DNA from: Chloroflexota bacterium
Lineage (GTDB): Bacteria; Chloroflexota; Dehalococcoidia; UBA2979
Length of the DNA: 64,000 bases
Direction of reading: 5' to 3'
Assembly (NCBI GenBank): GCA_016875635.1
Contig: VGPD01000004.1
Coordinates: 5,286 to 69,285 of the forward strand
Shown: piece after piece, positions 17,670 to 26,806 of the stretch
Numbering within the stretch: the first letter of the stretch is position 1
How the letters are laid out: each line of letters starts with the position of its first letter
Translations under genes and position numbers: made by a program
Notes under the pieces: generated by a model
The model's input: the letters and a program-made list of their open reading frames with translations, nothing else
What the model was told of the DNA's origin: nothing
The model's database searches: none

Positions 17670-18739
17670 CGCTCAACCTTCCGCAGCGCCGCCGCCGCCT
17701 GGTCCATGTCACGCGAGGTCAGCCCCGCGTGCAGTGGCAACGCCACCATCTCCGTCGGGAGACGGCTGGCTGCCTGCGTCTGATCCTCCGCGATCGATGC
17801 CGCGGTCGCCAGTGGGGGCCCCACGGCGGCCTCGACCGGCAGCCCCTCCGCGCGCAACGCGGCGAGGGTCTCCTCGAAGGTGTGCTTCCAGAGCATGCCG
17901 CGCAGCCGGAACACGTAGCGGTCGTATGCGTGACGGATCCAGCGGCCGTGCGGCATGGACGCGACGCCGCGCATCCCGCGCAGGTTGAATGTCAGTTCCC
18001 ATGCCAGTTCGCGGCGAGCCCACAACGCCTCTTCGCGCCCGCGCCACTCCGCGAGGGTGACCCGGGCCACGGCCTCCGACATCGCCGTCGCCTCGCCTCG
18101 TGCCTGCGCGGCGAGGACGGGGTCGCGCAGGACGAGGAGGGCGCCGCCGTCCGAGCCAGGCTCCAGTCCGCCTCTCAGCAGGTGCCCCGCCCCAAGCGCG
18201 AAGACCGCCGCGCCGCCAATCGAGCCGGCGGGTTCGCCGCGGTAGGAGGCGCCGACGGCCTCCGTACACTCCTCGATGAGCATGCACGTACGTTCACGGA
18301 TCACGGGGAGGATGGTCTCCAGTACCGGGGGGTGCCCGAAGGGATAGGCGGCGACCACCACGGCCGTCTCCGACGTCGCCACAGCCGAGATCCCGCGTGC
18401 GGAGATCGCGGCCGTGTCCGCATCGACTTCGGCGGCGACGATGGTGAGTCCGGCGGCCTGTGCGGTCTCGGTCCATGGGGTCGCGCACAGCGCCGGCAGG
18501 ACCACCTCACGCCGTCCGGCGATCGCGGTACGCAACGCGATCCGGCGCGCCTCCCCCTCGGATGCCAGCGCGATCACCGCGTCCGCCGTCAGTCCGAGCC
18601 CGGCGGCGACCTCGGCCTCCAGCGCGCGGACGGGATCGGGGTCGCCGGCGGGCGTGGCGACCGGCGGGGCAGGCCAGGCCTCGAGGCGGGCCGGTGTCCC
18701 GCCATCGATCGCGAGCGCCGGTGCGAGGTCGTTGGCCAT
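17657..18739 (-). CDS. DegT/DnrJ/EryC1/StrS-family aminotransferase-like protein (possibly catalytically degenerate)
   Basis: 360 aa. Fold-type I PLP enzyme-like blocks. The expected PLP-lysine context reads GAGHLL rather than a K-containing motif. ATG at 18737-18739. Confidence 0.5.
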   Translation of the reverse strand: MANDLAPALAIDGGTPARLEAWPAPPVATPAGDPDPVRALEAEVAAGLGLTADAVIALASEGEARRIALRTAIAGRREVVLPALCATPWTETAQAAGLTIVAAEVDADTAAISARGISAVATSETAVVVAAYPFGHPPVLETILPVIRERTCMLIEECTEAVGASYRGEPAGSIGGAAVFALGAGHLLRGGLEPGSDGGALLVLRDPVLAAQARGEATAMSEAVARVTLAEWRGREEALWARRELAWELTFNLRGMRGVASMPHGRWIRHAYDRYVFRLRGMLWKHTFEETLAALRAEGLPVEAAVGPPLATAASIAEDQTQAASRLPTEMVALPLHAGLTSRDMDQAAAALRKVERWAL

Positions 18740-18843
18740 CGGTCACTCCCCGCACGCAGCCCGGGGCGAGCGTACGGTGGCTGGGAGACGCCCGCAACGC
18801 CGGGCGGCGCGCCCGCGGTTATCCTCGATCCGCTGGAGGGGCG

Positions 18844-19704
18844 ATGCTGCTGCACCTGCGCGACCGCACCATTGATGCCACGCACCGCACGGCGGTCATG
18901 GGCATCCTCAACGTGTCCGACGACTCGCCGATCGCCTTCTCGCGGGTCGCGAGGTCCGAGGCGCTTGAGCGGGCGCGCGCCCTCGCAGCCGCGGGCGCGG
19001 AGATCGTTGACATCGGGGCGCACTCGACACGGACGGGCGGCCGTGACCTCACCCCGGACGAAGAGGCCGCGCGGGTGGCGCCCGTGGTTGAAGCGTGCGT
19101 AGGTGAAGGGCTGCTGACCTCCGTCGACACCTGGACGCCCGCCGTGGCGCGAGCCGCGGCGCAGGCCGGCGTCCACCTGCTGAACGATGTCACCGGCGCG
19201 ACCGATCCGGAGATGCTCGCGGTCGCCGTGGAGTACCGGTTGCCGGTCTGCGTGATGCATATGCGCGGCCGCCCGAAGCACCATCGCGAGGTCGACCAGT
19301 CGTACGAGGAGATCAACGAAGAGGTCACCGCGTTTCTCGTGGAGCGGGCGCATTCGCTTGAAGGGGCGGGTGCGGGGACGCCCTGGCTCGACCCGGGATT
19401 CGGCTTCGGGAAGTCAGCGGCCGACAACCTGGCGATGCTGGACGGGCTCCCCGCGCTGGTCGGGCACGGGTATCCAGTGCTGGTCTCCGCGTCACGCAAG
19501 GGCTTCCTGGCGGAGTTGATGGGCCTCGGCGATCGTCAGGACGTCGAAGGCCTTCTGGAGGCAACACTCGGCTTCAACGTGCTCGCCGCGGCCGCAGGGG
19601 CGCATGTCGTGCGCGTGCATGACGTGGCCGAGGTGGCGCGCGCGCTCAGCGTCGTGAGCGCGCTACGGCGTCAACGTGCCGGGTCGCCTGAGGTCGAGGG
19701 CTAG
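18844..19704 (+). CDS. folP: dihydropteroate synthase
   Basis: 286 aa from ATG 18844. Pterin-binding TIM barrel motifs (GILNVSDDS, DIGAHSTRTG, VSASRKGFL). Confidence 0.9.
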   Translation: MLLHLRDRTIDATHRTAVMGILNVSDDSPIAFSRVARSEALERARALAAAGAEIVDIGAHSTRTGGRDLTPDEEAARVAPVVEACVGEGLLTSVDTWTPAVARAAAQAGVHLLNDVTGATDPEMLAVAVEYRLPVCVMHMRGRPKHHREVDQSYEEINEEVTAFLVERAHSLEGAGAGTPWLDPGFGFGKSAADNLAMLDGLPALVGHGYPVLVSASRKGFLAELMGLGDRQDVEGLLEATLGFNVLAAAAGAHVVRVHDVAEVARALSVVSALRRQRAGSPEVEG

Positions 19705-20480
19705 CGGTTCGCGACGGGCGTGAGGTTTTTCGGCGTGTTCGCGGGATAGGTGATGTCCTCACACGCCACGCCGTTCCCGTTCATGTCCAGCCGGTTCGGG
19801 TCGCCTGGCGCGTTCGCCGCGAGCGCTTCCTGTGCCTCGGCCTGCGAGCCAAACGAGGTGCAGTTGTATTTGTCCGCGCCGCCCGTGAAGAAGCGCGCGG
19901 TCGACTCGCCTCCAGTGGACGTGGATGTCCCGCGTGTCGGGATGGCCGCCGGGAACACCGTGGCTGGCGTGGTCCGTGGGTCGGCGGAGCGCGGATAGGC
20001 GAACCGGGGGATCGAGTACGAGCCGGCGGTCAGGTTCATGGGCACAATGCCCGCCGGCGCCGTTGCCGCTGGCGTGCCGGGTGCCGCCGCGGGGGCAGCG
20101 ACCACCGATGGGGCGGGGCGTTCCTCGAGTGCGGTGACGCGTTTGGCGAGCGCCTCCCGTTCCTGCCCGAGCGTGGCGGCCTGCTGCCTCAGTCCGTCGA
20201 TCTGCGCACGGAGCACGGCGACCTCGTCCGTCAGGGCGTGCGAGTCGGCCGGAGGCGCATCGCCGCCCGCGAGGTTCGAGGCCATCCACCAGATGATGGC
20301 GCTCCAGAAGATGACACCGCCGACGAGCGCTACAGGCAGCCAGCGCGGCGCGCGCCAGGCATATGTGCCAGTGGGGAGCCGGAAGCGCGGGCGCGGGCGC
20401 GCCTCACCGTCCGGCTCTGCGTCCACCTCAATGGCGTCCGCCACCTCGTCGAAGTCTCCGGCAATCCCGAGTTCGGCCAT
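19701..20480 (-). CDS. membrane-anchored coiled-coil protein with C-terminal Excalibur-like calcium-binding motif
   Basis: ATG at 20478-20480 gives 259 aa: acidic N-terminus, one TM (WLPVALVGGVIFWSAIIWW), coiled coil, Pro/Ala/Thr linker, C-terminal DMNGNGVACED (DxDxDGxxCE-like). The remaining 5-prime part of the 562-aa ORF is R-rich non-coding-like. Confidence 0.6.
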   Translation of the reverse strand: MAELGIAGDFDEVADAIEVDAEPDGEARPRPRFRLPTGTYAWRAPRWLPVALVGGVIFWSAIIWWMASNLAGGDAPPADSHALTDEVAVLRAQIDGLRQQAATLGQEREALAKRVTALEERPAPSVVAAPAAAPGTPAATAPAGIVPMNLTAGSYSIPRFAYPRSADPRTTPATVFPAAIPTRGTSTSTGGESTARFFTGGADKYNCTSFGSQAEAQEALAANAPGDPNRLDMNGNGVACEDITYPANTPKNLTPVANR

Positions 20481-20572
20481 CACGCTCCCTGCGCCTTCAG
20501 GGGTCACGCTACGGCGGTCCGGAGGCCGTCCCCATCGGGGTTTCCCTCGAACCCGGCGAGGCAAACTACCTG

Positions 20573-23116
20573 CTAACCGGCACCCGTCAGGGCCGCCAGG
20601 TGATGCTTGGCGTCCAGGATGTGGGCCCACAGGTCGCCTGCGGCGGCGACGCGGTCGGGTGCGGCGAGGATGGTGAAGTCCGTCGGGAAGACCCGGGCGA
20701 GTTCGTCCCAGCGCAGGGGTATGGAGACGGGGGCTCCCGGCTTCGCCCTCGGGGAGTAGGGGGCGGCGAGGTTCTTGATGCGGGCGTTCTGGTTCACATC
20801 GAGGAAGACCATTCCGCGCCGCTTCTGGATGTTCCACTCCGTGGTCACCTCGTGCGGGTGGGCGCGCACGATCAGGCCACCAACCGTCGTGGCGATCTCG
20901 CGCATGGTCTCGTAGTCGTACTGGCGCAGCACGGGTACGTAGACGTGCAGGCCGGTCGCGCCCGAGGTCTTCACGAACGATGAGAGGGCCGCGGAGTCCA
21001 GCAGTCCCTTCAGCGCCTGGGCGGCCCGCACCGTCTCCTCGTACGCCGGCCGGTTCAATTCCGGTTCCGCGCCCGGCTGTTCGTCGCCGCGATAGATGTA
21101 CGGGTCGAAGTCGAACAGGACGAAGTCCGGGTAGTTCAGGAGTGAGGCCTCCACGTTCGCCTTCGTCCTGGTGAAGGTGCGCCCGAGGTGGTGGCCGTCC
21201 GGCTCCGGGTCCACCCGCGCGAGCGAGGTGTGGAGGGCGATGTCGGCGTACTGGGCGAGCCAGAGCAGCGTGGGGAGGTTGTTGACCACCACGAACTCCT
21301 GGTCGCCGCCGCCGCTTTCGGTGAACACTCGCACCGTCTCCACGAATGGCGGCGGGGTGTCGACGTGTTTCTGGTAGAAGGAGTGGCACTCGAGGCCGTT
21401 GGGATAGCGGGTAATGGTGAGGGGCCGGTCGCGCAGGTGGGGGAGGAGGACGTGCGCCATCTTCGCGTAGTAGGCGAGCAGGTCGCGCTTCGTCAGCGCG
21501 CGCTGGCCCCGGTGCTCGGGCCAGAACACCTTATCGAGGTTCGTGACCGGGACCCGGGCACCATCCAGTTCGATCGCACCCTGCTTCCGCAGCGCCTCGA
21601 TCTGGCCCAGCGCCGATGTCACCTGTGCTGCGAGCGCGCCTCCATCCCCGGTGGCCGGGGCGGCGGGTGCGGCTTCGCCGGATGGGGGCGGATCGAGGTG
21701 CAGCGTGCGCACCTCGGACGGCGCCCTGTCCTCGCGCAGTCGCAGGAAGACGGGTGCACGCAGGTTGCCGTCCGACGTGATCTGGGCGTACTCGACCTCG
21801 ACCACCAGCTCGGGACGGACGTGCGTGATGTGTTCCGATGCCGGCGGCGGCGTCGCCATCGGTGACTCCGGTATCCGCATCGCATCGAGGCGACGGCGCA
21901 GCGACTTCAGCATCGTCTCCGTGAATCCGGAGCCGACGCGTCCCACGTTCACGAGCCGTCCATCCGCTTCGCGTGTGGCAATCACCAGCGCCCCGAAGGT
22001 CGAGGAACGCGAGTTCAGCCCCGGCGTGTACCCGGTGACCACGAACTCGTTGGTGAGCCTCGACTTCACCTTGACCCAGGCATGGGAGCGCGTGCCGGAC
22101 TCGTAGCGCGAGTCGCCGCGTTTCGCCACGAGCCCTTCGAGGCCGATGGCGACGGCGCCCTCGTACGCGCGGACGCCGTGCGTCTCGGAGTGTTCCACGA
22201 GGTGCACCCGCGGCGTCGGCATCAGCGTGCGCTGGAGCAGGCGCTTCCGAGCGAGCAGCGGGACACGGCGCACGTCGACGCCGTCGACGTAGAGGATGTC
22301 GAAGACGTAGCAGACGACGGGCAGGGAGCGGTCGAACGAGCGGATCTCGGTCGGGTCGGTCAGGTTGATCCGCTGCTGCAGCCGTTCGAACGAAGGCACG
22401 CCGTGTTCGTCGAGCGCGGCGATCTCGCCATCGAGGATGAGGGTGTTGGCTGGTTGTTTCGCCAGCGACGCGACGAGGGCGGGGTACTGCGCCGTCATGT
22501 CGAGGCCGCGCCGCGACGTCAGCCGGACCTGCCCGTCGCGCAGGGTGATCAGTACGCGCACACCGTCGATCTTCGGTTCGAAGATCCAGTCTGCCCGGTC
22601 GAATGGCTGCGCTGTCTGTGTCGCGGCCATTGGCTCGACGCCCTCGAGGAATGGTGCACGGCTGGCACCGGGCAGGTCGGCGGCGAGCAACGGCTCGATC
22701 TGCCGGTCCGGGACGTGGCGTCCGGCGTGCAGGTCGGCGATGGTCAGGCCGCAGATCACGGAGTCGTCGAACGTCGTGGCGAGGTCGACGCCGGTGGCCG
22801 CATCGTCCCGGTGCTTGAGCGCGAGCCAGGAGTCGGGCGCCTGAGTTGTCTTGACGAGGGCCCACGAGCCCTTCACGCGGTGGCCGCGGAGGAGATGGCC
22901 GACGCGCTCGACTCGCTGCTTGCCATCGAGGCGGAGCGCGTGGCCGCCGATGCGTTCCAGGAGGTCGCACCGCGCGTGCGGGGACTGCCTGTCGAGTGGG
23001 GCGCTGAACTCCGGGTCCTGCTCATGCTGTCGGATGACCGCGGCGGTCTGTGGATGCAGCGGCCGATCACCGAGCTGAAGATGTGCGTCGAGCAGCGAGG
23101 GCTTGTCGCTCAGCAC
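20573..23116 (-). CDS. ligD: multidomain ATP-dependent DNA ligase LigD (phosphoesterase - ligase - polymerase/primase)
   Basis: Ligase KxDG motif (FEPKIDGVR). C-terminal Pol/primase domain (YPNGLECHSFYQKHV...KTSGATGLHVYVP). N-terminal PE-domain-like block (AAVIRQHEQ...GHRVKGSWALVKTT...WLALKHRDD). Start ambiguous: the ORF is open to 23473, but the first ~120 codons are R-rich and overlapped by a well-formed plus-strand ORF. GTG at 23114-23116 chosen. Confidence 0.8.
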   Translation of the reverse strand: MLSDKPSLLDAHLQLGDRPLHPQTAAVIRQHEQDPEFSAPLDRQSPHARCDLLERIGGHALRLDGKQRVERVGHLLRGHRVKGSWALVKTTQAPDSWLALKHRDDAATGVDLATTFDDSVICGLTIADLHAGRHVPDRQIEPLLAADLPGASRAPFLEGVEPMAATQTAQPFDRADWIFEPKIDGVRVLITLRDGQVRLTSRRGLDMTAQYPALVASLAKQPANTLILDGEIAALDEHGVPSFERLQQRINLTDPTEIRSFDRSLPVVCYVFDILYVDGVDVRRVPLLARKRLLQRTLMPTPRVHLVEHSETHGVRAYEGAVAIGLEGLVAKRGDSRYESGTRSHAWVKVKSRLTNEFVVTGYTPGLNSRSSTFGALVIATREADGRLVNVGRVGSGFTETMLKSLRRRLDAMRIPESPMATPPPASEHITHVRPELVVEVEYAQITSDGNLRAPVFLRLREDRAPSEVRTLHLDPPPSGEAAPAAPATGDGGALAAQVTSALGQIEALRKQGAIELDGARVPVTNLDKVFWPEHRGQRALTKRDLLAYYAKMAHVLLPHLRDRPLTITRYPNGLECHSFYQKHVDTPPPFVETVRVFTESGGGDQEFVVVNNLPTLLWLAQYADIALHTSLARVDPEPDGHHLGRTFTRTKANVEASLLNYPDFVLFDFDPYIYRGDEQPGAEPELNRPAYEETVRAAQALKGLLDSAALSSFVKTSGATGLHVYVPVLRQYDYETMREIATTVGGLIVRAHPHEVTTEWNIQKRRGMVFLDVNQNARIKNLAAPYSPRAKPGAPVSIPLRWDELARVFPTDFTILAAPDRVAAAGDLWAHILDAKHHLAALTGAG

Positions 23117-23170
23117 TGGGTTGCCCCCCGGTTCTGGACCAGTGATCCGCCGACGGCCTAGGGCGTCCGC

Positions 23171-23506
23171 GTGATCACGCTGGTCTCGGTGTATCGCGCG
23201 CTCCACCACATTGCGCATGGCCCGTCGAGGACGGTCGCGAGCTTGCTCCAGCAGGAGCGTCGGACCATCGCGTTCGAGAGGGCGGGTGCAGCGCTCTCCG
23301 CGGCTGGGGAGGGGGCGCTGCGCGCAGCCGTCACGCCGTATCTCGATGCGCAGGGCGACGGGACGCGGATCGCCGTGCTGTTCGGTGACGCGCTGGCGGT
23401 TGCCCTCGGCTACAGCCCGTGCGGGATCCCGGACCGCGGTGGGCTGCGCCTGGCGGCCTTCGAGGCGCCGCACGAGCCCGACTCGATCGCCTTGTTGCAG
23501 GGTTAG
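23171..23506 (+). CDS. hypothetical protein divergent from ligD
   Basis: 111 aa. ATG start, strong GC3 bias and a normal amino-acid composition, in contrast to the overlapping antisense frame. Confidence 0.4.
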   Translation: MITLVSVYRALHHIAHGPSRTVASLLQQERRTIAFERAGAALSAAGEGALRAAVTPYLDAQGDGTRIAVLFGDALAVALGYSPCGIPDRGGLRLAAFEAPHEPDSIALLQG

Positions 23507-23687
23507 TCCGAAGCGGGACTGGCTTCGTTCGCCCTCACCCCGTCCCCCGTTGCTGCATCCCAGAGGTGGCTCGGCACGTTCGCTACGGTGACCCTCGATA
23601 GGTTACGGCGAGATTCGAGCCTGGCAGCGTGGCGTGGAACAGCGCATCAATCCGCGTTCAGCGGATGGTGGCGAATCCGCGCAGTGG

Positions 23688-23957
23688 TCAGGCGGCGCCG
23701 CCAGCGATGGCGGGGATGAGGAAAATCTCCGCCCCCTCCCGTACGGGTTCGAGGGGGTCGTTTTCGGTCACCTCGGAGTCGATCGCGATGGCGACCTCGC
23801 CGCGGAGCGTGGCGCCGTCCGACAGCACCGCACCAAGCGCGGGCGCCTCGCGGGCGATACCGTCCAGGACGCGCTGGAGCGTCCCGCCCGGGACTTCGAT
23901 GGTTGCCCGGCCGCCGGCGAGGTCGCGCCAGTGGGCGGGGATATGGACCGTCGCCAC
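23688..23957 (-). CDS. MoaD/ThiS-family small sulfur-carrier protein (C-terminal GG)
   Basis: 89 aa ending ...FLIPAIAGGAA with a Gly-Gly near the C-terminus. Beta-grasp size. Last gene of the xdh-family operon. Confidence 0.6.
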   Translation of the reverse strand: MATVHIPAHWRDLAGGRATIEVPGGTLQRVLDGIAREAPALGAVLSDGATLRGEVAIAIDSEVTENDPLEPVREGAEIFLIPAIAGGAA

Positions 23958-23986
23958 GGTGTTCGTTCCTCGTGTGTTCGCTGGGC

Positions 23987-26275
23987 CTACGCGCGGGGCA
24001 GCAGTTCGTCCAGGATGCGTGTGGGCGTGACGGGCGTGTGGTAGAAGTTCACGCCGATCGCGTCCCGCAACGCGTTTCGGATGGCGGCCTGCGGCGGCAC
24101 GATCGGCACTTCGCCCACGCCTCGCACGCCGAAGGGGTGGCCAGGGTTCGGCACCTCGACGAGGATTACCTCGATCGGTTGCAGGTCGTTGGCGACGGGC
24201 ATCCGGTAGTCGAGGAACGAGCCATTGCGGAGGTGGCCCTGGTCGTCGTACCAGTACTCCTCCTGCAGCGCCATGCCGATCCCCTGTGCCGCGCCGCCCT
24301 GGATCTGTCCCTCTACGTATGAGGGGTGGATCGCGGTCCCGACGTCCTGCACGGCGGTGTAGCGGAGCACCGTGACTTTCCCGGTCTCGCGGTCGACCTT
24401 CACGTCAGCGATGTGGCCGGCGTAGGCGGGGCCGGCGGTGTTCCGTCTCGACATCGCCGAGACGGCGATGTGGCCACCGGTCGACGGCAGTCTGCGGCAG
24501 ATCTCCTCGAAGGTGAACCGCTGCTCCTTGCCGTCCTTGTCAGTGCCGGTGATCATCGCGTCATCGTGGTATGTCACCGTCGAGATGTCGACGCCCCAGA
24601 TGCGCGCGGCGCGTTCCGTGAGGCGCTTCCGGATCTCCTGACCCAGGTCGTACGCGACCCAGCCGCCGGCGAAGGTGGTGCGGCTGCCGCCGGTGACGGC
24701 GGTGTAGCCGATCGAGTCAGTGTCGACGACCTGCGGCTTGATCGCCTCGTACGGTACGCCCAGCGCTTCCGCGAGCTGCATCGCGAGCGAGGCGCGCGTC
24801 CCGCCGATGTCCGTGGACCCGAGAATCAGCGAAACCGAGCCGTCCGGGTTCACGGCGACGCTGGAAGAGGACTCCATCCCGCCGTTGAACCAGAACCCGA
24901 GGGCAATGCCGCGCCCGACGTTGTCGCCCTGGATCTCGGAGTTATAGTGAGCGCTTTCCTTGATGGCGGTGATGACCGCCTTCGCGCCGATCCGTGGCCA
25001 CGGCGCGCCGCTACTGTTGGTGTCCCCCTCCTCGGGTGCGTTCTTCAGCCGCAGATCGAGGGGGTCCATGTCGAGTGCGCGTGCGATCTCGTCGACGGTG
25101 GCCTCCACCGCGTACTCGGCCGCAGGTGCGCCCGGCGCGCGGTAGGCGGCTGTCTTCGGGGTGTTCGTCACGACGTCGAAACCGTCGATGCGCTGGTTCG
25201 GGATCGCGTACGGGGCCAGGGCGCAGAGGACGCCCGCGCCGACAGCCGAGCCGGGGTAGGCGCCCGCGGCGAAGCAGAGCGAGACATCCGCGGCGACCAG
25301 GGTGCCGTCACGCTTCGCGCCGATCTTGACTCGGTTCCACGTCGCAGAGGTCGGGCCGGTGGCTTGGAAGACGGCCTCGCGGGACATCCACATCTTCAAC
25401 GGGTGCCCGGTCTTCTTCGACAGCAGCGCGGCGACGGGCTCGAGGTAAACCGGGATCTTCCCGCCGAAGCCGCCCCCGATCTCCATCGGCACTACCTTGA
25501 TCCTGGCGACGGGCTGGTTGAGCAGTGTCGCAACCTGATCACGCACGGAGAACGCACCCTGTGTGGACGTCCAGACGGTGATCTGTCCGTCGTGGTTCCA
25601 GTGGGCCGTGCCGTTCTGGGGTTCGATGTAACCCTGGTGGAACTGGCTGGTCGTGAACTCGCGTTCGATGACGATGTCTGCCTCGGCGAAGCCGGCGGCG
25701 AGGTCGCCCTTCTCCACGCGCATGTGCATCGCGACGTTGGTCTCGCGGTCCTTCGGGGTGTCCACGTTCCGCGCCCGTACGTTCGTCCGCAGGTCGTGAT
25801 GGAGGATCGGCGCCGCGTCGAGCATCGCCTCTCGCACGTTGATGACGAACGGAAGGAGCTCGTACTCGACGTCGATCAGACCGAGGGCCTCCTCGGCGGT
25901 GTGCCAGTCGACGGCGGCGACCGCGGCCACGGCGTGGCCGTGGTAGAGGACCTTGTCACCGGCGAGCACGTTGTCCACGAGCCACTTCGGGTTCGCGCTG
26001 CCCTCGCCGAGGTCGAGGGTGCCCGACTCCTGCGCGGGGAAGTCGGCATTCGTGATGATCGCCTTCACGCCCGGCAGCGCGAGCGCCTTCGACGTGTCGA
26101 TGCGCTTGATCCGGGCATGTGCGTGCGGGCTGCGCAGGACCGAGCCGAAGAGCATCCCCTCGAGGACGACATCGGCACCGTAGGCAGCGCGCCCGGTGAC
26201 CTTGTCGACGCCGTCCGGGCGGACGGGGCGGGTGCCGATGACCTTGTAGGCGGGCTTCTGCGGGGTAGCGACCAT
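23987..26275 (-). CDS. xanthine dehydrogenase/aldehyde oxidase/CO-dehydrogenase family molybdopterin-binding large subunit
   Basis: 762 aa. Ald_Xan_dh_C-type blocks. Active-site loop reads AYRAPGAP (neither form I VAYRCSFR nor form II AYRGAGR). Confidence 0.85.
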   Translation of the reverse strand: MVATPQKPAYKVIGTRPVRPDGVDKVTGRAAYGADVVLEGMLFGSVLRSPHAHARIKRIDTSKALALPGVKAIITNADFPAQESGTLDLGEGSANPKWLVDNVLAGDKVLYHGHAVAAVAAVDWHTAEEALGLIDVEYELLPFVINVREAMLDAAPILHHDLRTNVRARNVDTPKDRETNVAMHMRVEKGDLAAGFAEADIVIEREFTTSQFHQGYIEPQNGTAHWNHDGQITVWTSTQGAFSVRDQVATLLNQPVARIKVVPMEIGGGFGGKIPVYLEPVAALLSKKTGHPLKMWMSREAVFQATGPTSATWNRVKIGAKRDGTLVAADVSLCFAAGAYPGSAVGAGVLCALAPYAIPNQRIDGFDVVTNTPKTAAYRAPGAPAAEYAVEATVDEIARALDMDPLDLRLKNAPEEGDTNSSGAPWPRIGAKAVITAIKESAHYNSEIQGDNVGRGIALGFWFNGGMESSSSVAVNPDGSVSLILGSTDIGGTRASLAMQLAEALGVPYEAIKPQVVDTDSIGYTAVTGGSRTTFAGGWVAYDLGQEIRKRLTERAARIWGVDISTVTYHDDAMITGTDKDGKEQRFTFEEICRRLPSTGGHIAVSAMSRRNTAGPAYAGHIADVKVDRETGKVTVLRYTAVQDVGTAIHPSYVEGQIQGGAAQGIGMALQEEYWYDDQGHLRNGSFLDYRMPVANDLQPIEVILVEVPNPGHPFGVRGVGEVPIVPPQAAIRNALRDAIGVNFYHTPVTPTRILDELLPRA

Positions 26276-26308
26276 AACGGACCTCCTCGTGCCCCGGCGG
26301 GGCGCGGG

Positions 26309-26797
26309 TTATTTCTGAGCGCGCATCTGTTCCGCGGCGGCCTGGACCGCCTCGATGATCTTGTCGTACCCGGTGCAGCGGCAGAGGTTCCCGGCGAGCC
26401 AGAACCGCACTTCCTCATCCGTCGGGGCGGGGTTCTCCGCGAGCAGCGCCTTCGAGGACATCAGGAAGCCCGGCGTGCAGATCCCGCACTGGAGCGCCGC
26501 CCCCTCGAGGAAGCACTGCTGGAGGGGGTGCAGCGCCTCCGGCCCGGCCAGGCCCTCCACCGTCTCGACGCGGGAGCCCTCGATCTCCGCGGCCATGACG
26601 CAGCAGGAGTTGACCAGGCGGCCATCGAGGATCACGGCGCAGGCGCCGCAGTTCCCGTTGTTGCAGCCTTCCTTCACGCCCTTCAGGTCCAGCCGCTCGC
26701 GCAGCGCCTCCAGGAGGGAGTCACGGGAGTCGGCGAGGAAGGTGCGTTCGTCGCCGTTGATCGTGGCCGTGATCACCAGTCGTTCGCTCGTTGCCAT
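26309..26797 (-). CDS. (2Fe-2S)-binding small subunit of molybdenum hydroxylase
   Basis: 162 aa. Two 2Fe-2S motifs (CNNGNCGAC...C and CGICTPG...CRCTGY). Confidence 0.9.
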   Translation of the reverse strand: MATSERLVITATINGDERTFLADSRDSLLEALRERLDLKGVKEGCNNGNCGACAVILDGRLVNSCCVMAAEIEGSRVETVEGLAGPEALHPLQQCFLEGAALQCGICTPGFLMSSKALLAENPAPTDEEVRFWLAGNLCRCTGYDKIIEAVQAAAEQMRAQK

Positions 26798-26806
26798 GGT
26801 CGTCTC

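Noticed and set aside
23117-23473. N-terminal ~120 codons of the listed 966-aa LigD ORF
   Set aside because: R-rich non-protein-like composition with no PE-domain motifs. It is overlapped on the other strand by a better-formed ORF (23171..23506). An in-frame GTG at 23116 precedes the first recognisable LigD residues.
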